Below, piece after piece: positions 63,050 to 64,000 of a stretch of DNA of 64,000 bases; position 1 is the stretch's first letter, and every line of letters starts with the position of its first letter. The translations under genes and the position numbers were made by a program. This DNA comes from Azolla caroliniana (lineage: Eukaryota; Plantae; Polypodiophyta): contig JBHGNT010000012.1 in the NCBI GenBank assembly GCA_043228905.1, positions 20,522,001 to 20,586,000 of the forward strand, written 5' to 3'. A model generated the notes under the pieces. That model did not search any database. It saw nothing but the letters and a program-made list of their open reading frames with translations, and was not told where the DNA came from.

Positions 63050-64000
63050 TTAGTGGTCGGACATCTATGTGGGCCCTACGGCCGAAGACCGTCACCAACA
63101 AAGATCGATGCGATTCAAGCTATGGAGGAAGTATGCGAGTCAACATCTGAAGTCCGAAGGTTTCTCGGTGCATGTGCATTCTATCACATATGGATTCCGC
63201 ACTATGCACATATAGCGGACCCGCTCTACCACTTGTTGCGGAAAGGTAAGAAATTCGAATGGAAACCGGAACACACCAAAGCCATGAAGAAATTGAAGAA
63301 GACACTTCGGAGGGCGGAAGCACTTAAGAAGCCGAGCTATGACCGACCGATCACGAAAACGGTTGATACAAGTCCAACCGGTATCAGGTGGGTCATCAAT
63401 CAAGCCGACTCGGATGGTTCGCAGTATCCGATCCGATTTGGAGCAAAGGTTCTCAACGAAAGGCAACGTGGATATGCACAAGTCAAAAGAGAACTGTGGG
63501 GAGTCGTGTCGGCGATAAAATCGGATCGGAATTATTTGATCGGAGCCGAAGTGGTGATCGAGACGGATTGTCTTCCGATACTCGGGATGATGCGGTGTTG
63601 TACGATACCAGATGTAGCTATGCTAAGGTGGGTTGCATATGTCAAGTCTCTTAATCCGGAGGTTCGACACATCTCGGGGAAGGAAAACGCGGTAGTGGAT
63701 ATGTTATCAAGGGCTCGGTTCGGAGACAACATAACCGAATCGGATAATGAAGAAGTTTCCGAAGACTACTTCTCGTCGGAGCACATATGCCGAGTGAACG
63801 TAATCCGAGAATTCCGGGAAGAAGAATACGAGGGAGAAAGCTTGATGATCGGAAAGATGTTACAAGAGGCCGAGGATTCAACAAACGATAAAGGAAGAAG
63901 AGCCGAGATCCGAAGGAAGAAGAGGCAGGTCCAAAAGTTCTTCTTGGAAAACGGATTAATATGGAGGGCGCCGAAAAGACCGGATGGTATACCACTTCGA
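63050..64000 (+). CDS. pol: Continuation of Gypsy B pol (RT thumb, RNase H)
   Basis: LVVGHLCG..VRRFLGACAFY..TVDTSPTG..YAQVKRELWGV..IETDCLP..KENAVVDMLSR continues the RT after the TSD. Confidence 0.88.

Larger units (their letters stand above)
53552..64000 (+). mobile_element. tRNA-Trp-primed Gypsy element B, nested in A and extending past the window end
   Basis: LTR 53552-54255 (TGTCGT..ACGACA), PBS TGGTGAACCCGACGTGAA at 54260-54277 complementary to the plant tRNA-Trp 3' end. Confidence 0.9.

Overview
Eukaryotic, repeat-rich land-plant genomic DNA. A non-seed plant such as a fern is inferred from the Tcn1-like chromovirus, the tRNA-Trp-primed Gypsy elements and the many PLS-PPR relics. Two apparently intact spliced host genes lie on the minus strand: a divergent 8-exon AUX1/LAX auxin-influx carrier (14881-20411, ~469 aa) and a 3-exon NPF/PTR transporter of NPF7-like type (28851-31306, ~584 aa). 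Most of the rest is nested LTR retrotransposons (Copia and Gypsy; LTRs, PBS, PPT and TSDs traced by eye), solo LTRs, a small non-autonomous LTR element, hAT-type MITEs, an L1 remnant, PPR pseudogene fragments and tandem repeats. The most unusual observations are: (1) an antisense tRNA-like Pol III A-box/B-box cassette near the 5' end of three Gypsy LTRs from two lineages; (2) tandem amplification of the LAX start codon with TTAGGG repeats, giving an (Asn-Pro)n N-terminus and three in-frame upstream mini-ORFs, plus an array of copies of a splice donor; (3) a Gag fused to a ~750-codon acidic repetitive extension; (4) a candidate G_GAU_UUU -1 frameshift after the protease. All calls are by eye with no database search.
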